Part shown: one piece after another, positions 23,901-38,130 of the stretch
Numbering within the stretch: position 1 is the first letter of the stretch
How the letters are laid out: every line of letters begins with the position of its first letter
Origin: Phoronis australis
Taxonomy: Eukaryota > Animalia > Phoronida
Length of the DNA stretch: 64,000 nucleotides
Assembly (NCBI GenBank): GCA_002633005.1
Contig: NMRA01000216.1
Coordinates: 177,499 to 241,498, forward strand
Direction of reading: 5' to 3'
The notes under the pieces: model-generated
What the model was told of the DNA's origin: nothing
Database searches by the model: none
What the model saw: the letters and a program-made list of their open reading frames with translations, nothing else
Made by a program: the position numbers and the translations under genes

Positions 23901-26900
23901 GTAATTTGTTCTAGGGTAACTGTGTGGCCTCAAACCTGGGGCTAGGCGGAAGTAATTGTGAGCTCCGGTTACATACAGGCGGCATTCTTTTGCACACCGT
24001 ACTCGTATAAGGTGTTCATTGTCATGCGCTTTGCCTTACCCTTGTTATTGGACGTGCGTGAGGACGCTCCACTTAAAAGTGGAAAAGTTACACTAGTGCA
24101 AGTTGATCTAGAGTAGGCTGTGTGTGAACGGGGTTATAGTGACTAGTACAGCGTTCATTCACAATGCAGTCAAATTTCTACGTCTCCAAGTATTCTCTGT
24201 ATAAATCATAGGAAATCCATATCCAGGGTTTCTGTAGTTGGTATACCTTAACGGTTAATCCCATAATCCTTGTTGTAATCATGTACTGTTATTGTAATCC
24301 ACTGGGGTATGAGTCATGTGATTGGCTGGTGTGTATGCAAATGTGATCGCACATGCAGCTAGTTGTTTTTTGTTAATGGTCAACCTCAGACCAGTTTTAC
24401 AGTGCTCTCATTGGCTCATGTCAATTTTAGAGAGTTGCTCTCCTTACTTTAGTGCAGCTGTACTCATTTTTTATAACATCACGTTTTGTTGCGGAATTGA
24501 AATAACCACCTCATTTTACTAATTTAGATCCGTGGCATCTAAGTTTTGCAGAGTTATTTTATTGCCTAGACCTTGAGAACACGTGTTAATTTCTGTGTAG
24601 GACTCTCTTATTAAAACATGAATGGACAATAGATTCATTAATTTGGCCTTGCCTTTCCTGCAGTTGCAGTTTTTGTTGCCTTGGATCACAACTTCATGAG
24701 ATTTCTTAATGTGTTTCATATCTGAATAGTTCTAGCAAAACAAATCATTGCCTGCTTGGTAAAAGTCTTCAGCAGCTTAGCTCCCCAATAATTACAGTGA
24801 GACTGAAACTAATTCTGCTGATTACTGTGTTACATCACAGTATACCCATGTATAATAAGCTGCAAATAGATGTAGCATACAGTATATACAGATGGATCGA
24901 ATCTTGAAACCACAGTTACCTGTTGGTGCTATTGCACTTAGGTTGGGTCGGTGTTCGAAGTACGTTACCACAGCTTGCAGTTTAAGTTAAGAGCACTGCA
25001 CGTGAGAATGATAAAATTTCAGTCTATGAGCATAGCCATCTTTACGGACATAACCACAATTGCTGCTTGTCTACCGATTTCAGTGCCTGCGTAGATGTTG
25101 CCCCCCCCCCTCCCCCTGTAGAACACCTAAGATTTGCCAAAGTTGGAGAAACTGACATGTCTCACTCACCTTAGACATGCTAAAGTTGGCTAACAAGCTA
25201 AACTGCTTGTTATGACTGAAAGATAGCACACTTGTGTTTAAATTGCATGAGTGAACAGTAAATTATGCATAAATCAAGATCAAGAGATTAAAAATTTGCT
25301 CTGGTCTGGGAAGTTATGTTTTGCTCACTTACCAGTAGCTGCAGGGACAGCAAAAAAATGATGTTAACATTATGCCACATAGCATGTCTCTTTTGAAATC
25401 ATGCTTGCTATGGTGAAGTTATTCAACTATGTAATTTAGTTGTGCTGGTGGCAATACAGTGAATTGAAGTAAGCTGATGTTACTGCAGGGTTTGAAATTC
25501 ATTCTGATATGCCAAGTTAGATGATCGTGGCGCTTTTCCTTGAAATGAGTGAAGCCACAGCCTCAACTACAAAGGAGGTAAAAGGGCAACACGCTTTCTT
25601 AATGACTGGTACATTTTCTCCAAGTTAAGCAAAGGTTCCATTTATCCACAAAAAGCAAAGCAGGGTTGTCCCTGAGCAAAAATTCAAAACATGGTGCAAA
25701 TTCCGCATCGTGTTTTTGTATCGTATTTTACTTTTTGTTAATTCAGAAAATCGGGCATGTCACTTATCATTTTCACTACAAAATAAGAAAAACAAGTGCC
25801 ACTGTGCAACATCGTTTATATGATTTGTCATGTAACTTTGGCTTTTCAAACGATGGCTCAGGGCTTTTCAAACATGGCTCAAGATTTCCAAACATTGTAC
25901 AAAACATCTAGGGAGAACACTGCAAAGTTTCTAAAATGTTGATTTTACGGGAATAATTTTAAACTAATGCCAGCTTAAGTTAAAAGATTGTGCTTACTAC
26001 CAGTATTGTATATAGTTAGCAAGGTGTACATGATTAAAGCTTAAGCCCTGATCTATTGGTAGCATCCTTCACAGTAGCAATAATGACCGAACAATAAAAA
26101 CAAGACAGTTGTCACATACTGATGTACTCGTGGGATTTCAATACCTTGTGTGCTGTCGTGTTATGTTCAAATATCTTCCTATCTGTTGACCAGTAAAACC
26201 ATGACTGTACACCTACTGTCCTCCGGTAGTCGTTGCTTACAAAGAGCAGTTATCAGTCAGATAAGTTATTTGCGCCAGTTTATCTCTTTTCACTATTGTT
26301 TTACCTGTATGACAAGCATCCTTGTTGGCAAATTCCATACCATCAAATTTTTGTGGTACATTATATTGTTAGGTATTTGCATTTAACTACCTGCTATTTA
26401 TATTACCATGTGATTGTGCACATGTGATGAGGTTTATGGAACTCCCAATATGTGTAGTATTCTTACAATGCAATCAAGTATTCTTTTTCCATCTCTACTG
26501 TGAATGAATTTGGTGTAGAATGTTTAAATCAATTGAGGCACCTGTCTCTTGTGATGTGCAAGCCAAGAGACCTTTTTAAAAGGTTATATAGGACCTCAAG
26601 GGCAGATGATTTTTAAAGGGGGAGTCGGATCAAGAAGAAAGACTTTAGATTTTGTTTTTTATTTAAAACCAATCTGTGATTGATTGGGTTATTTGACCAA
26701 GCCTTTTTAGTGAAATTTAGGGTGAAACTGAAGGAGGTACATTCATAGTAAAATGATGGTTAGCAATAACAAAAACGTATACAAATTTTGTATGATACAA
26801 AATATGTACAAAATGAAATCTCAAAAACATTAAAAATTACAGTTTTCTAAAATATTCTTTCATTTTAAGCAACTTTTGAGGTTTATTAATAAGAATTATT

Positions 26901-29900
26901 TGTGATAGCCCTTCATTCAATTCCAAAACAATTCCTAACTGCATTTTGAAGAAAAGATCATAAGATGTGAAATTTCCATAGGAATTGGATCGGCCATTTT
27001 CAAGGTATGATGTAGTGTCTTATATTACCTAATTGTGGAGCTAGGCATGGAATTTTGTCTTGCTCCTGATGAAACTTTACCATGTCCCAGAAGTTCAATT
27101 TGGTCTAGACTAGTAAATGCTACGCACTTACGTCACCATGTTTGTAACAGAGCGGTCTGGGATTACACGTTGATAGAACTCTTCTTTGTCCTGGAAATAA
27201 GAAAGCGCGTAACATCATTTTGGAAATCAGGCACATTTTCATGTCTCTCATTGCAAACAATTTCAGATCACGTATCCACAGGTATTTGTCCAGTTTATCA
27301 AACTTTCTTACGTCAGAGTTGCAGCCCACATCACAGCTAGTATACTTTGTTGCCGTTGGAAGGACGAATAGAGTAATACAACCAAGAAAAAACGTGTAAA
27401 GAATTGGACAACAGCAAATAAATGTGAAAGTCCAGTGGAACGAAAACGAGGCAGCAAATGTGCCTGACGGGTGTTTGTGGCATTGTGGGTAAATACAGCG
27501 AGATTCGAGTGTCTGTGTGTAATCCGGAATGGCCCTATTGGATATTGCTGTGCACTTACATCACCATGTTTCTAATTGGGTATGTGCAGGAGGGCAAAAC
27601 TTAGTATTCAGGTGTTTATTATCTTTACCTCTTCGCTGCAGGTATAGTGCCTAGAAAAGTATTCGTCCTTGACCTGGATGAAACTCTCATTCACTCTCAT
27701 CACGATGGTGTGCTGCGACAGACTGTCAAACCAGGAACACCATCAGATTTCGTTTTAAAGGTAACCTACCAAATGAAGTATGTGGAGAGGTTTGACGATG
27801 GAGTTCACATTTAGAGATAGAGACATGTTTGATAATTTCATAAGATAAGATATCTTAGGATAAAAACTCATCAGTTTAGGTCAAAAACAATTACAAAAAT
27901 TTACAAAAATAGCCTTTCCATTTTTCAAAAGCTTCTAAAATGTTTGTGAATGTCCACTATTTTTCAAAATATTGTCCAGTGGTTGCTATGATACAGGCCT
28001 TGGACATGAACATTTATTACTTTTTGCTTCATGTCTTTCATGGAAGAAATAAAAGTACACTTGTGCACCATATTGTGCCCTAAGTTGGTAATGGTCGGAC
28101 ATGGCGTGCCCGAAGTTTGAGAACCAGTTTTCTCCACTGAGTTAAGGGCATCAAACTGGTTCTCAAAATACGGGCACATTATATCCGACTATTGTCCTTA
28201 AATTAGTGAGATTTAATTAGTGTACATAGATCCTGAGTTTAGGCAAATTAGTAAACTAAGAGGATTGGTTATGATCACTGAATAGTGTGAAAAAGTTTGT
28301 GACGCATGATCAAAGCATCACACAGTAACACTTGAGCATTATGTGACTGTTCAGGTTTTAGGGCAATACGGTACCTGTAGATTGTAAATGATTGTTTTAT
28401 CAATAGTGTGAAAAGTATGTGACGCATGATCAAAGCATTGCACAGTAAAACCTGAACATTACGTGACTGTTCAGGATTTAGGGCAATACCTGTAGATTAT
28501 AAATGATTGTTTTATCAATAATAACAATGTAATTGCATACCATTGCTCCTGTTGGGTTCAGTGTTACTGTAATGTCAAGGCGCTCGTTTGTCTCCAGATC
28601 CCAATATTTTAACCATGTGGTGTTCAATCCAGAGTACACCATTGCTGCACGCAATGGAGTTCTTGTAGTTGTAGAATAGTGAATATTAGAAAAAAATCAA
28701 ATTACACAAGTGCTGTTATTGACAGCGTCAAGTGATGATAACTTCGATGACACTGGAGTTGACATTCACACCGCATCGAAGCGTCAACGCTCTGGTGTTA
28801 AATCCACTTGAGTACTGCGAAGTTAACTTACACTCAAAGCATACCGCGCTTCGAGTTCGAAATTTTGGAGTTTGATCTCGAGTAGTTTGTTGGTCACAAG
28901 AGCATGGTGTTGGGATGTTGAGACATTTCCAACGTCGCACAGACTGTGTTACTGTATATTCGACTGAGACATCTGGCCAGCAGTATTTTGAACCCCGTTG
29001 ATTGAACTAGTTATTTGTAAACTAAGTTGGCCCGAACTCGTTACAGTCTATTGAATGAAGGTTTTTCCCATTTCAGGTCGTCATAGATAGACATCCCGTC
29101 AGATTTTTTGTACATAAAAGGCCACATGTGGATTACTTTTTAGAAGTTGTAAGTACGATGAATTTGTGTTTTGAATTATTTAGGCTGGCATGGAGTCTGT
29201 AGATGTAGCAGGAACATATAGCTGGTCAGACTTCTTTCGATGATTTATTTCAAGTGGCTTCATATTATTTGCCTTAATGTTTCAAAAAACCACACTTATG
29301 GGAATTATTCCAAGCCATATTCTGGAAAAGTACTTGGACATTTGTGTTGGCAGTAACTGAGACTGAAAAAACACCAAGTGTTGAGTCTTGGTGTATGTGC
29401 TCATTTCATATTTACTGTATTCGCCCTAATGAGCGCCCATGCCCCTGTAAGCCCCCCCCCATGCATTTTCAGACTTAGCTAAAATAAGCGCCCAGTCCAT
29501 GAACGCCATGTACATGCGAAAAATGCCTTACCTACAGTTCTAAAATTTTACAGTAACGTCTTCAATTTATCAATAAGATCCAACAGTCCTGAAAAAATCA
29601 TTGTGCATGGAATTTGTAGACCACGAGCCTCACCGCTATGTCGGTATTTAGCCGTGACTATACACTTCAAACTTCCGCCGTGCTTAAAAGGGAACGCAAG
29701 CGTGACTTGAAAACTAATAAAAACTTGACCTTTGTTCAGTTAAAAGCACGTGGCCAGTACCTGTCATGGAAGTCTTCGGGAACTGTCTATTCGTGAAACG
29801 AGTAGCATAACATCGGCAAGAAATAAATACTGGCACTTATTTCTGAACGTTTCTAATTAGTCGTAATTGGTGTTTTTAAAGTCAAAATGACCCACTATAG

Positions 29901-32900
29901 CGAACACTTCCGCACCCTTACACCCCCCGAATCTCCCGAAAAATAACTGTTAGACTGTCGCGCATCCAGTCACCTGGCAACTCAGTGACATCGGCCTTAC
30001 CGAGACAATTCTCAAACGTTTTTTATAGAAGATGAGATCAACAAGTGCTAAATAAAACACATTCTGCTTTACTGCTTGGTGTGAATTTCCTTAGTTACAA
30101 ATACCTAGATCGTTGTATCGCATTTACTCTGACTGGCAAATGAACCCTCATCGGATGACATTCGTGCGCTCGCTCACCCACACAATATGCAGAAGAGCTT
30201 CAAAACAAAAATCACGTGACAACAACATGTGTGTTCGTCCAGAGATTTTTCTCGTGTTGCGGTGTACGATCTAACCCATATTTGGACTTAATATGCTGTT
30301 AACCCCGACTCCACAGGAACTTAAAAATTTTAGGGACGCTATTTTGAAAACTTAAGGAGGACTTCAAGTAATTTGTTGAATCGAAACTATATTTTTACTC
30401 AAGAAGAAGTTGACCAGGAGCATAATTTTATTTGTGAAATTTCACTGTAAATTCTTTTTAAGAAATTTCTTCATCCAGTTAAACCACGCAACTGTTGTAA
30501 AACGACATTAGATCAATTTTAAACCATCTTCAACAATGAAATTTTAATAGTTACTTTGCCTGAAACTAAAGAATGGGTACATGACTGTGCATTTCTGATA
30601 TGAGGTTGCTGTGTGTTCACCTCAGTCTCAACACGTTTTACTCCACAGGTTAGTCAGTGGTACGACCTCGTCGTGTTTACTGCTAGTATGGAAATTTATG
30701 GCGCCGCCGTCGCTGACAAACTAGACAATAATAAGGGAATACTAAAGCGACGCTATTACAGACAGGTAACGCTTTTCTTTTCCCGTACGATGTAAAATTC
30801 TTCTTTCCTTCGCTGTCTCCTCCCACTCAAATTTGTACTGATTTTGTCTTATCACTTGTTTCACATCCCTCAAGTGTTATTGTTTTGAACGCTTTCATTT
30901 TCTAATTCCTCTGTCATGATGAAAAGTCCAGCTTGTTTGCTGTAAGTAAACGGTTAACATTTTATCAGCATAATGTAAATTAGCCTCTCAGGTGGAAGGT
31001 ACCTCACGTCATTGTTACTCGCAAACAGTGAGGCAAAATGCTCGTGGACTTGTAAACTACATTCGTAGTAATCAGCAGAAACGTGGTACTCTCAATTACA
31101 TTGAATTAGTGGGATATGTTATTGCCTAGTGACACAGTGGTTAATTTTTATTGCCTTCTAAAGATAATCAGCTAAGCATTCGGCTCACCTCATACCATTA
31201 GGATTTGCACTCACCAGGCAAAAAAATCAAACAAGTGAGACATTGGCATCGCAAGGCAAAGTCCTCACGGCTCATTTCACAGTAGACATGAGCTATGAGC
31301 TGAGCTCACTTGCATTCGATGGTCATAACTCTCCGCCTGTGCTGGCCCTTAGACCATCTTCCATCGACGGTCATACTCTCCATCTGTGCTGACCCTTTGG
31401 CCACTTACAAAAAAATTACTCTCAACTTCTACCTTAATCATAATTTTTTAACTTGAGATTTGAGCTCAGTTACATGGATTCGATGGACCAGATGTTAAGT
31501 GCACTCCAGGTACTAGCTGGTACACTGGACCTTTAAGTCATGTTGGTTTGAGCAGGTCATGTAAGGAGACTGATTGTCCAATTCTTTTCCCTGTGTAAAA
31601 TTGCATTAATACCGTTGCTGTGACCACCCCTGTTCACAGAGTGCATGTGGGTGTATTATATGGGTACGTTGACAGTAAATGCTCATTTACAACCAGCATC
31701 TGAAGCTGGTGTCACTGCAGATGATTGTTTACCTCTTTTCCAACTAAATTTGCTTTGCTGAATGTCATCTAGAAAAGCTATATTACCCTACTTGGATACA
31801 TTTTATTACGTACTGAGATGTCTCCAGCTGGATTTTAAGTCGTATTGTTGTTGCACGTTAGTACTAGTTACCTGACACTATGCACACAACCACTGCACAC
31901 ACTGAGTTGTGAAATGCAGCTTATTACTTTACACATGGTATTCTCATCTTTCCGCAGACTTTCTTGAGGAGTTTGCTCTAGGGTTCTCTAACTTGATCGG
32001 ACGAGTTCACTAATTGATGTTTATGTTAAGCAATCCCACAAGTTGACCTTCACCTTTCGCATGTTCGTTCCACATAAGGAATTTTGTGAGCGAGCTAATG
32101 ACCTTTCACGTGCCATCCTGGTCTTTCTACATGCTCTCTGTCTCAGGAATGAGTCCTTTTTGGCGGTTATTTCCCAAAGTTAGACACACACAAGTTAACA
32201 CACACATGGGGGCATTCATGGTGCACTGGGTTTCCTGGAAGGCCTCATAACCTCATTTGGTTTCACTCGCAGACACTAAACTATAGTGGCAGTACCCACA
32301 GCCACTGTCAGATTTGTGTGGTACAAATTAATCGCTTCTCAATTGTTAGTAGTCATAGTCCTCAAAAATCATCGTCTCGTTCATTATTTTTGCAGCACTG
32401 CAATCTAGATTTTGGCAGCTACACAAAAGACCTTTCGGCCATAGAAACAGACTTGTCAAGAATATTTATATTAGATAACTCGCCAGGAGCCTACAGGTCA
32501 TATCCAGGTAAACGAGTTACCACACATTCTCGTATTTCGGTCAGTGCGTCAATGTGTGACATTCTAGCTGTATCGGGAACTGGGCGGTGAGTACGCCTGT
32601 CACGTGTTTTAAGCTGTGCCTACAGGTGAAACACTTCAGCAGAACCGAGAAGTTAATTTCTAAAATGTGACTGAAATTTGACTTACGTTAACAAAATTGT
32701 AAGCATTGGCCTGTATTCAATTTAACCTCAACTTTAATGGGAAAGGACAAAAATGACAAAAACCACACGAAAAACATCCAAATTAAGTCATGCTGATAGA
32801 CAAGAGCTATCCTTCTGTGCCCGTAGGGGTAGCAATGCTGATAAACGAGAGCTAGCCTTCTGCGCCCGTAGGGGTAGCATGGAAGCATGTGCTTATTGGC

Positions 32901-33960
32901 AAAAGGTTGAGCAATTTCTTTGAAAAGAACTGTTGTAAATGTTTATGTGCATTTGGTCTAAATACATGGGTACACAAGATCTACCTTGGCTGGTTACACT
33001 CTTGTGTTTTGTCCTTACTTCAAAGGATTCTAGCTCTTCTTAGATGGGATGCAATACCTTCTCGTGAAACTTATCTATGAGTTAATTTAGAGTAATTAAC
33101 TACGGTAACCTTTGTTACTGATCACAGAATCTTGCATGTACACGAAGAATGCTTAGAAGTTCGTAATTGTGTCTGTTTTTTTCAAAAAAATCATGATTTT
33201 TCAAGGAGATTGGCATCAACCTTTCTTGAAAAAACGGAGTCTTAATTTTAGACAGTCAAGGTCTTTGACTAAAAGAATTTGGAAGAAATTTTTTGATATG
33301 TTTTTGTGCCTTGTTTAATTTTTTTAAGAATTTCAAGTTTTGTGCGTTAAAAATCAAGTCGGTGAAAAATAGGGTGTGTTCCATAAAGACTTTTTAGAAA
33401 AAAATGCAGCCGTGTGATTGTGAACATCTAGGCGCATCATAAGATTCTGTGATCAAGGTTTTAAGATGTATATAGTTTTATAGGTCTACTGTAGTCTTTC
33501 AGGTCTGCTGTAGTCTTATAGGTCTACTATTAATACTTAAAAATGATTTAAGAAATTGGACCCGTAGCAATGAGAGTAAGCTAATTTTCTTGGTAACCTT
33601 ATGGATGTGTGAAATGTACATCCAGGACAGTTCCTGTTTATATCCGTGCAATTCATTTTCTTTTTTCCGTTAGTATAACTTTCCATATTCATCGCTCTTT
33701 GAATTCATGCAAATGGTCTTTTGGTCTCAGGCAATGAAATTTTTGTGTGACTACGAATGCTGTACAAGTTCATTACTTCGTGTGCTGATTCCAGTTTTCT
33801 TCTATTCGTAGACAATGCAATTCCCATCAAGTCGTGGTTCTCCGAACCAACAGACACGGCACTGCTGAATCTACTGCCCATGTTGGACGCCTTGCGGTTC
33901 GTCAGCGACGTCCGCTCCGTGCTCAGTCGGAACTTACACAGGCACCAGCTGTGGCAATGA
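20956..33960 (+). CDS. CTDNEP1: CTD nuclear envelope phosphatase 1 (Dullard), 244 aa, 7 coding exons
   Basis: Exons 20956-21054, 22381-22447, 27642-27760, 29077-29148, 30649-30765, 32396-32507, 33812-33960 (735 nt, GT-AG, phases consistent). N-terminal membrane anchor ([17 protein letters not shown]), HAD motif [73 protein letters not shown]. Confidence 0.97.
23756..24137. mobile_element. Non-autonomous TIR element (Harbinger-like) in CTDNEP1 intron 2
   Basis: Left gccgtccacgcacgggcctaccctagaacaagtt resembles the reverse complement of the right end (cccgttcacacacagcctactctagatcaactt); an internal gtaatttgttctagggta repeat is present. Superfamily assignment is inferred. Confidence 0.55.
28091..28193. 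mobile_element. Hairpin element family, copy 2 (diverged)
   Basis: ggtcggacatggcgtgcccgaagtttgagaaccagttt ... aaactggttctcaaaatacgggcacattatatccgac. Confidence 0.65.
28281..28520. repeat. Tandem duplication, ~120-bp unit x2
   Basis: aatagtgtgaaaa...gacgcatgatcaaagcat...tgtagattRtaaatgattgttttatc occurs twice. Confidence 0.9.
32792..32880. repeat. Tandem duplication, 45-bp unit x2
   Basis: gctgataRacRagagctaKccttctgYgcccgtaggggtagca occurs twice. Confidence 0.85.
33119..33455. mobile_element. MITE with 15-bp TIRs in CTDNEP1 intron 6
   Basis: tgatcacagaatctt ... aagattctgtgatca form a perfect inverted pair. Confidence 0.6.
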
Positions 33961-34563
33961 CGACAGAGCTAGACTGTGATAGGTTTGGTGCGCCAGCGCG
34001 TGTGCGTTTTGTACAAATGATGACTGGATGAATGCGCATGCCTCAGGCTGTGTGACAGGTTGTCGGCCGGACTATAGAACTTGTTGTCGTACACCCACTA
34101 ACCAAAATTCAGCCATGATGCCAAGATATTTGGTGGTTCTATATACATTTTGGGGAAATAAATTGTGTCGAAATATGGTAAATAAAGTAGACGCTAAAAG
34201 TGATTCAGACAAAGTTACCCGGAATTCTCGTCATGACACTTGCTAAGGTGGCTAAGCGGTTCTGTAATTATAATTTTGCCCTCCGTTATGTTGATTACCG
34301 ATCATTTTTGTTGTTAACCGAATTAGTCGTTATGACGTGGAACTGGTATTTTGTCCGATTGCTTTACTCTTGTACTGTATGTTTTGGGTGTCTACTCAGT
34401 GCGTATATCAAAGCTCACATTTGTTTCAGTCCACAGTGCCTATGCCATTGTCAGCTGGTCTGTCTTTAGCACACTATCGAATGGTTGGTGGACGTGTGTC
34501 AAAAAGTTTAACTATGCCACCTCTAGAACCATAATGGTTATGGTGTAGCCGAGGTGTATTTCA

Positions 34564-35066
34564 CAGGGCTTGGAATTTTCCGCGGAAACGCGGATTTCCG
34601 CTTTTTTCAAATGTGCTTTCCGCTTTTTTATAATATTTCCGCGTAAAAAATCGGATTCGATATAAAATTTCCGCGGCAAATTCCTTTCTTACCGCAGCGT
34701 TGCAGATGACGTTCACCTCGAAAAGCGGAAGCTGCTCTTTATGTTTCGGAGGAACATAAATTGTCAACATTGCCGGGGCATCTGGAACAGCGTGGTGGGA
34801 TTTTCAATGGCGTCTCATGTTATTGTTAAGCGCGGCGACAAATACTACCGCTCTGCAGCCAAAAATGTGTGGGTTGGGAGTGGACGGGCGAGCTAAAAGG
34901 ACGCAGACTCATGCTACTGATGGTGGTAACATTTTTTTTTTTTTAGTCCTCCCGATTTTTGTCGGGGAAAGGTTCACATTGACCAATTCAAGGCTGGTTA
35001 TCGGCATGATTTGGGCCGTAAAAGTTTCAATCCGCGTTTTTTTGTCATTGGTCATTCCAAGCCCTG
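34564..35066. mobile_element. hAT-like MITE downstream of the CTDNEP1 stop (probable 3' UTR)
   Basis: TIRs cagggcttggaat / attccaagccctg; atttca duplicated on both flanks; subterminal ttccgc/gcggaa repeats. Confidence 0.7.
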
Positions 35067-35629
35067 ATTTCAATCATTTGTGTTCGCTCTTGTTATATTT
35101 AACTATTTGCATGACATCAACAGTACTGTTTGTATCACAGGATGACGTGATACCATTACGGTGACCTTGTGTGAGAAATTTTCATGAAATGAAGCCATCG
35201 TGTCTGTGGAGAGGTTTCGGTTTTCCGTCTACTGAAAACGTTTAAAGGCTCATCAAACGAAACGTTTGATATGCTATTTGAACTTGAGGAAAGCATGCAG
35301 TTCACGGTATTTTAATCTGAAACGTAGTTGTGCATGCCATACGTGTTCTGGTCTGGTTGACAACTGTGTACATAGCCTGTGTGTATGGTTGAGTGCATGG
35401 GAACCCCCAAATTCTTGTACATTGTTTGTGTGTGTGTAAATATTGTGCTGCATTTGTAAACAATTAGGCATACTAAATAAGTTACGCAGATTTAGCCTAC
35501 TAGCGACAAGTGAACATGAGTTTAGAATCATCTCTATAATGAGTAAGCAGAGTGTATAGTGCAATGTCATGCCAATGTTTTGTTCGTGAACAATGACAGC
35601 GTCGTATTTCAGTATTGTTGTTACCTAAA

Positions 35630-35653
35630 AGAGAGAGTGAGAGAGAGAGAGAG
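35630..35653. repeat. (GA)n microsatellite
   Basis: gagagagtgagagagagagagaga read directly. Confidence 0.9.
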
Positions 35654-37661
35654 AATCTTATCTAAAGTCATACACCATACATTTTAAATACAGTGAGTTT
35701 TGTCCCTAATTTTACTTGATTTCATTAAGGACTACTTGGATTTTGAATTTTTCTGTGACTAAATTCTTTTCCACGAGCTTCAGTTAGAGCCTGACTAGCT
35801 TAGATTTAGCAATTTTGACTTGACCTAATTCTCTGTACAGGGTAGTACTCGTGAATGTTTCTGTTTTGGGTCACACATGGTATTAAGCCAGTCAAACAAT
35901 CTTTGAAAAATTCATTCATTCTGTATTAGACGCTGTAATGTTTGATTTAAAAGAGGAAGTTTGTAGTTTAGTTGGGATTCACAACGAATAAAAGGAATGC
36001 TACCACTGCCACTGTCACCACTAATTGTCAATTCCTCTGTTGGCAGTTACCATGGAAACATAGCCACAATCTATGGTAGTGTTGTTTCACACACTGGTGA
36101 ATGATCTGGTTTTAGAAAATCATTGTTCATTTTATTCTACCGTTAATTCATTCATTTGCAGGATTTTAGTATTTAGTAATTGTTTTTTTATCATTTGAAA
36201 ATACAGAACTTCTGAAGCTGACTCATGAAAAGGTTGATGCAAACACAAATACTTGGTTATACTTTATATCATAAAGTTACACAGGGGCCATCATAAAATT
36301 GTGCTAAATTCTTGGGGTGGATTTTAGAAACTGTTCAACTGGACAAATTTTAATACTGATACATTTTGGATTGAATGGAGCAAAATAGTTAATTCTGTGT
36401 ATAATTTTTCCAGGATAATCTTGATTATCCTAGTTTGAAGTTGGCGGCATTTCTGTGTGGCTTTCTGAAGCCAAAGTTGCTGTTTTATTACCTCAAATAA
36501 TGTGTCATGGTAAAATTGTTTGCACTGCAAAGTAAGTGGTCATAGGAACCAGTGTTATATCTCAGGACAGTTGTATCTCTCAAACATTGTTGGGAAACAT
36601 GAGTTCAATAAACAATCATGTTTATTTGTTATGCTTGTTGTTTATTTGAAATTACTCTCAGTCGCAACTGTTGGCATCCAGTTGTGGACAATGCTGAGGC
36701 TAACAAGGGCGTTGTAATCGGTATTTTAATGGTAATTTCAAGCCATTGGTTAAGATCACAACTTCAATGCTCGTTTCTCAGCGAAGTGTTTGCGCGTGGT
36801 AAGGGGTTCGTGATAAGGGAAGTGGACATTTATTCCGCTAGGCCACAGTGCGTCCTACCGTATATACGCCTATATCTGAATTCACGCTTGTGTAGCGAGT
36901 ACCGAAGGGAGTGAAGCTTGTCTACGTCGTAGATCTGTGCAACAAGTGAATAAAACGTATAAGACGGGCTCCGGCACAATAAACTGATTTTAAGTGTCGT
37001 TTAAGTGCATGCTCCTCTGTGCGAAACCGGCACTCGAGCTGAGGCGGGTCTTTTCAGACAAAAACACTGTTTTGACTGTAGGTGTCGTGGCTAAAATATG
37101 CCAATATCTGATATTAGCTCATACGCGATGAACTTTTTTTTTTACCGCTGCGATACACACAACGATGCACAGCCTGGGCTGCGTTCTGTAGAAGCAAGAA
37201 TTTCGCAAGTGAACTAGTGTGATGTGTGGCGATATCTCACTAAGTCTAGGGTTTTCGCGAGGTTCTTGCGCCTAAAATACGACACCCTTAGTATAAAAGC
37301 TGTATATTGAATAAATGTAGGCCTACTATAAGTCGTGTGATGTGACCAACTAGTGGTGCGTAAGAAAGCTAATAATTCTTACTTATACCATATAAACGCG
37401 GTAATTTATTACAACATAACCGCATGCAAATAAAAAATTGGTAGTGGGAAATCAAATGATTAGTTAAAATGACTCCTGCCGCGATTCCGTCCAAGAACTG
37501 AACTTTTGATGCGGATCACTTCATCGCTGTAAAATCGATCTCGGTCTGTTTCTCGCGTACTCGGATGAGAAGCGATTTCTGGGTCTGCGCAGAACTGGCA
37601 GTTCGTTAGAGGCTGATCGCGAGCAGTAACCGGAAGTGTCCACTCTTTCCAAGCCCTGAAG

Positions 37662-37728
37662 TAACCTGGTTCCCGGGCCTCACAAGCTGACGTCACGGAT
37701 TGCTCGAGGATCTGTGCAGTAGACTAGT
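37662..37728. mobile_element. 67-bp mini-element with CRE, flanked by 7-bp direct repeat
   Basis: 41 bp identical to 53415-53455; flanked by cctgaag at 37655-37661 and 37729-37735. Confidence 0.65.
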
Positions 37729-38089
37729 CCTGAAGGTACCTTCAATTTGGCTTAGGAACAATTCGAGACCAATTTCAAAGCGATAAGTGGTATAAATTAA
37801 GTTTTTCGCGATGGAAGACTAGTTTTCATTAGCTGATGGGTATGCCTTGCAGTCCAAGAGGAAAGTTTTGTCAGCCTTCTGGTTAACTTCTGCCGGCACT
37901 GGGTGACGCACTTTTCACTTGCACTAAAATTGTGTTATATGTTGTTGCCTGTGTGTGGTTGGAGTTCAGGTTCCTGGGTAAGGTTTTTGTCCGTGGTAGG
38001 ACTTTTTGCGATGTGTGATAGGTGTCTACGCACAGACATGTGGACGAGATTTCATTAAAAGGACACAATAGGCGAGAAAAGTGTTTTTT

Positions 38090-38130
38090 GTGAGGTTAGC
38101 CCCGGGTCGGATTCGAACTCGTGACCAATG
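38090..38130 (-). mobile_element. tRNA-derived SINE fragment (B-box/T-arm only)
   Basis: Minus strand reads gagttcgaatccgacccggggctaacc. Confidence 0.35.
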
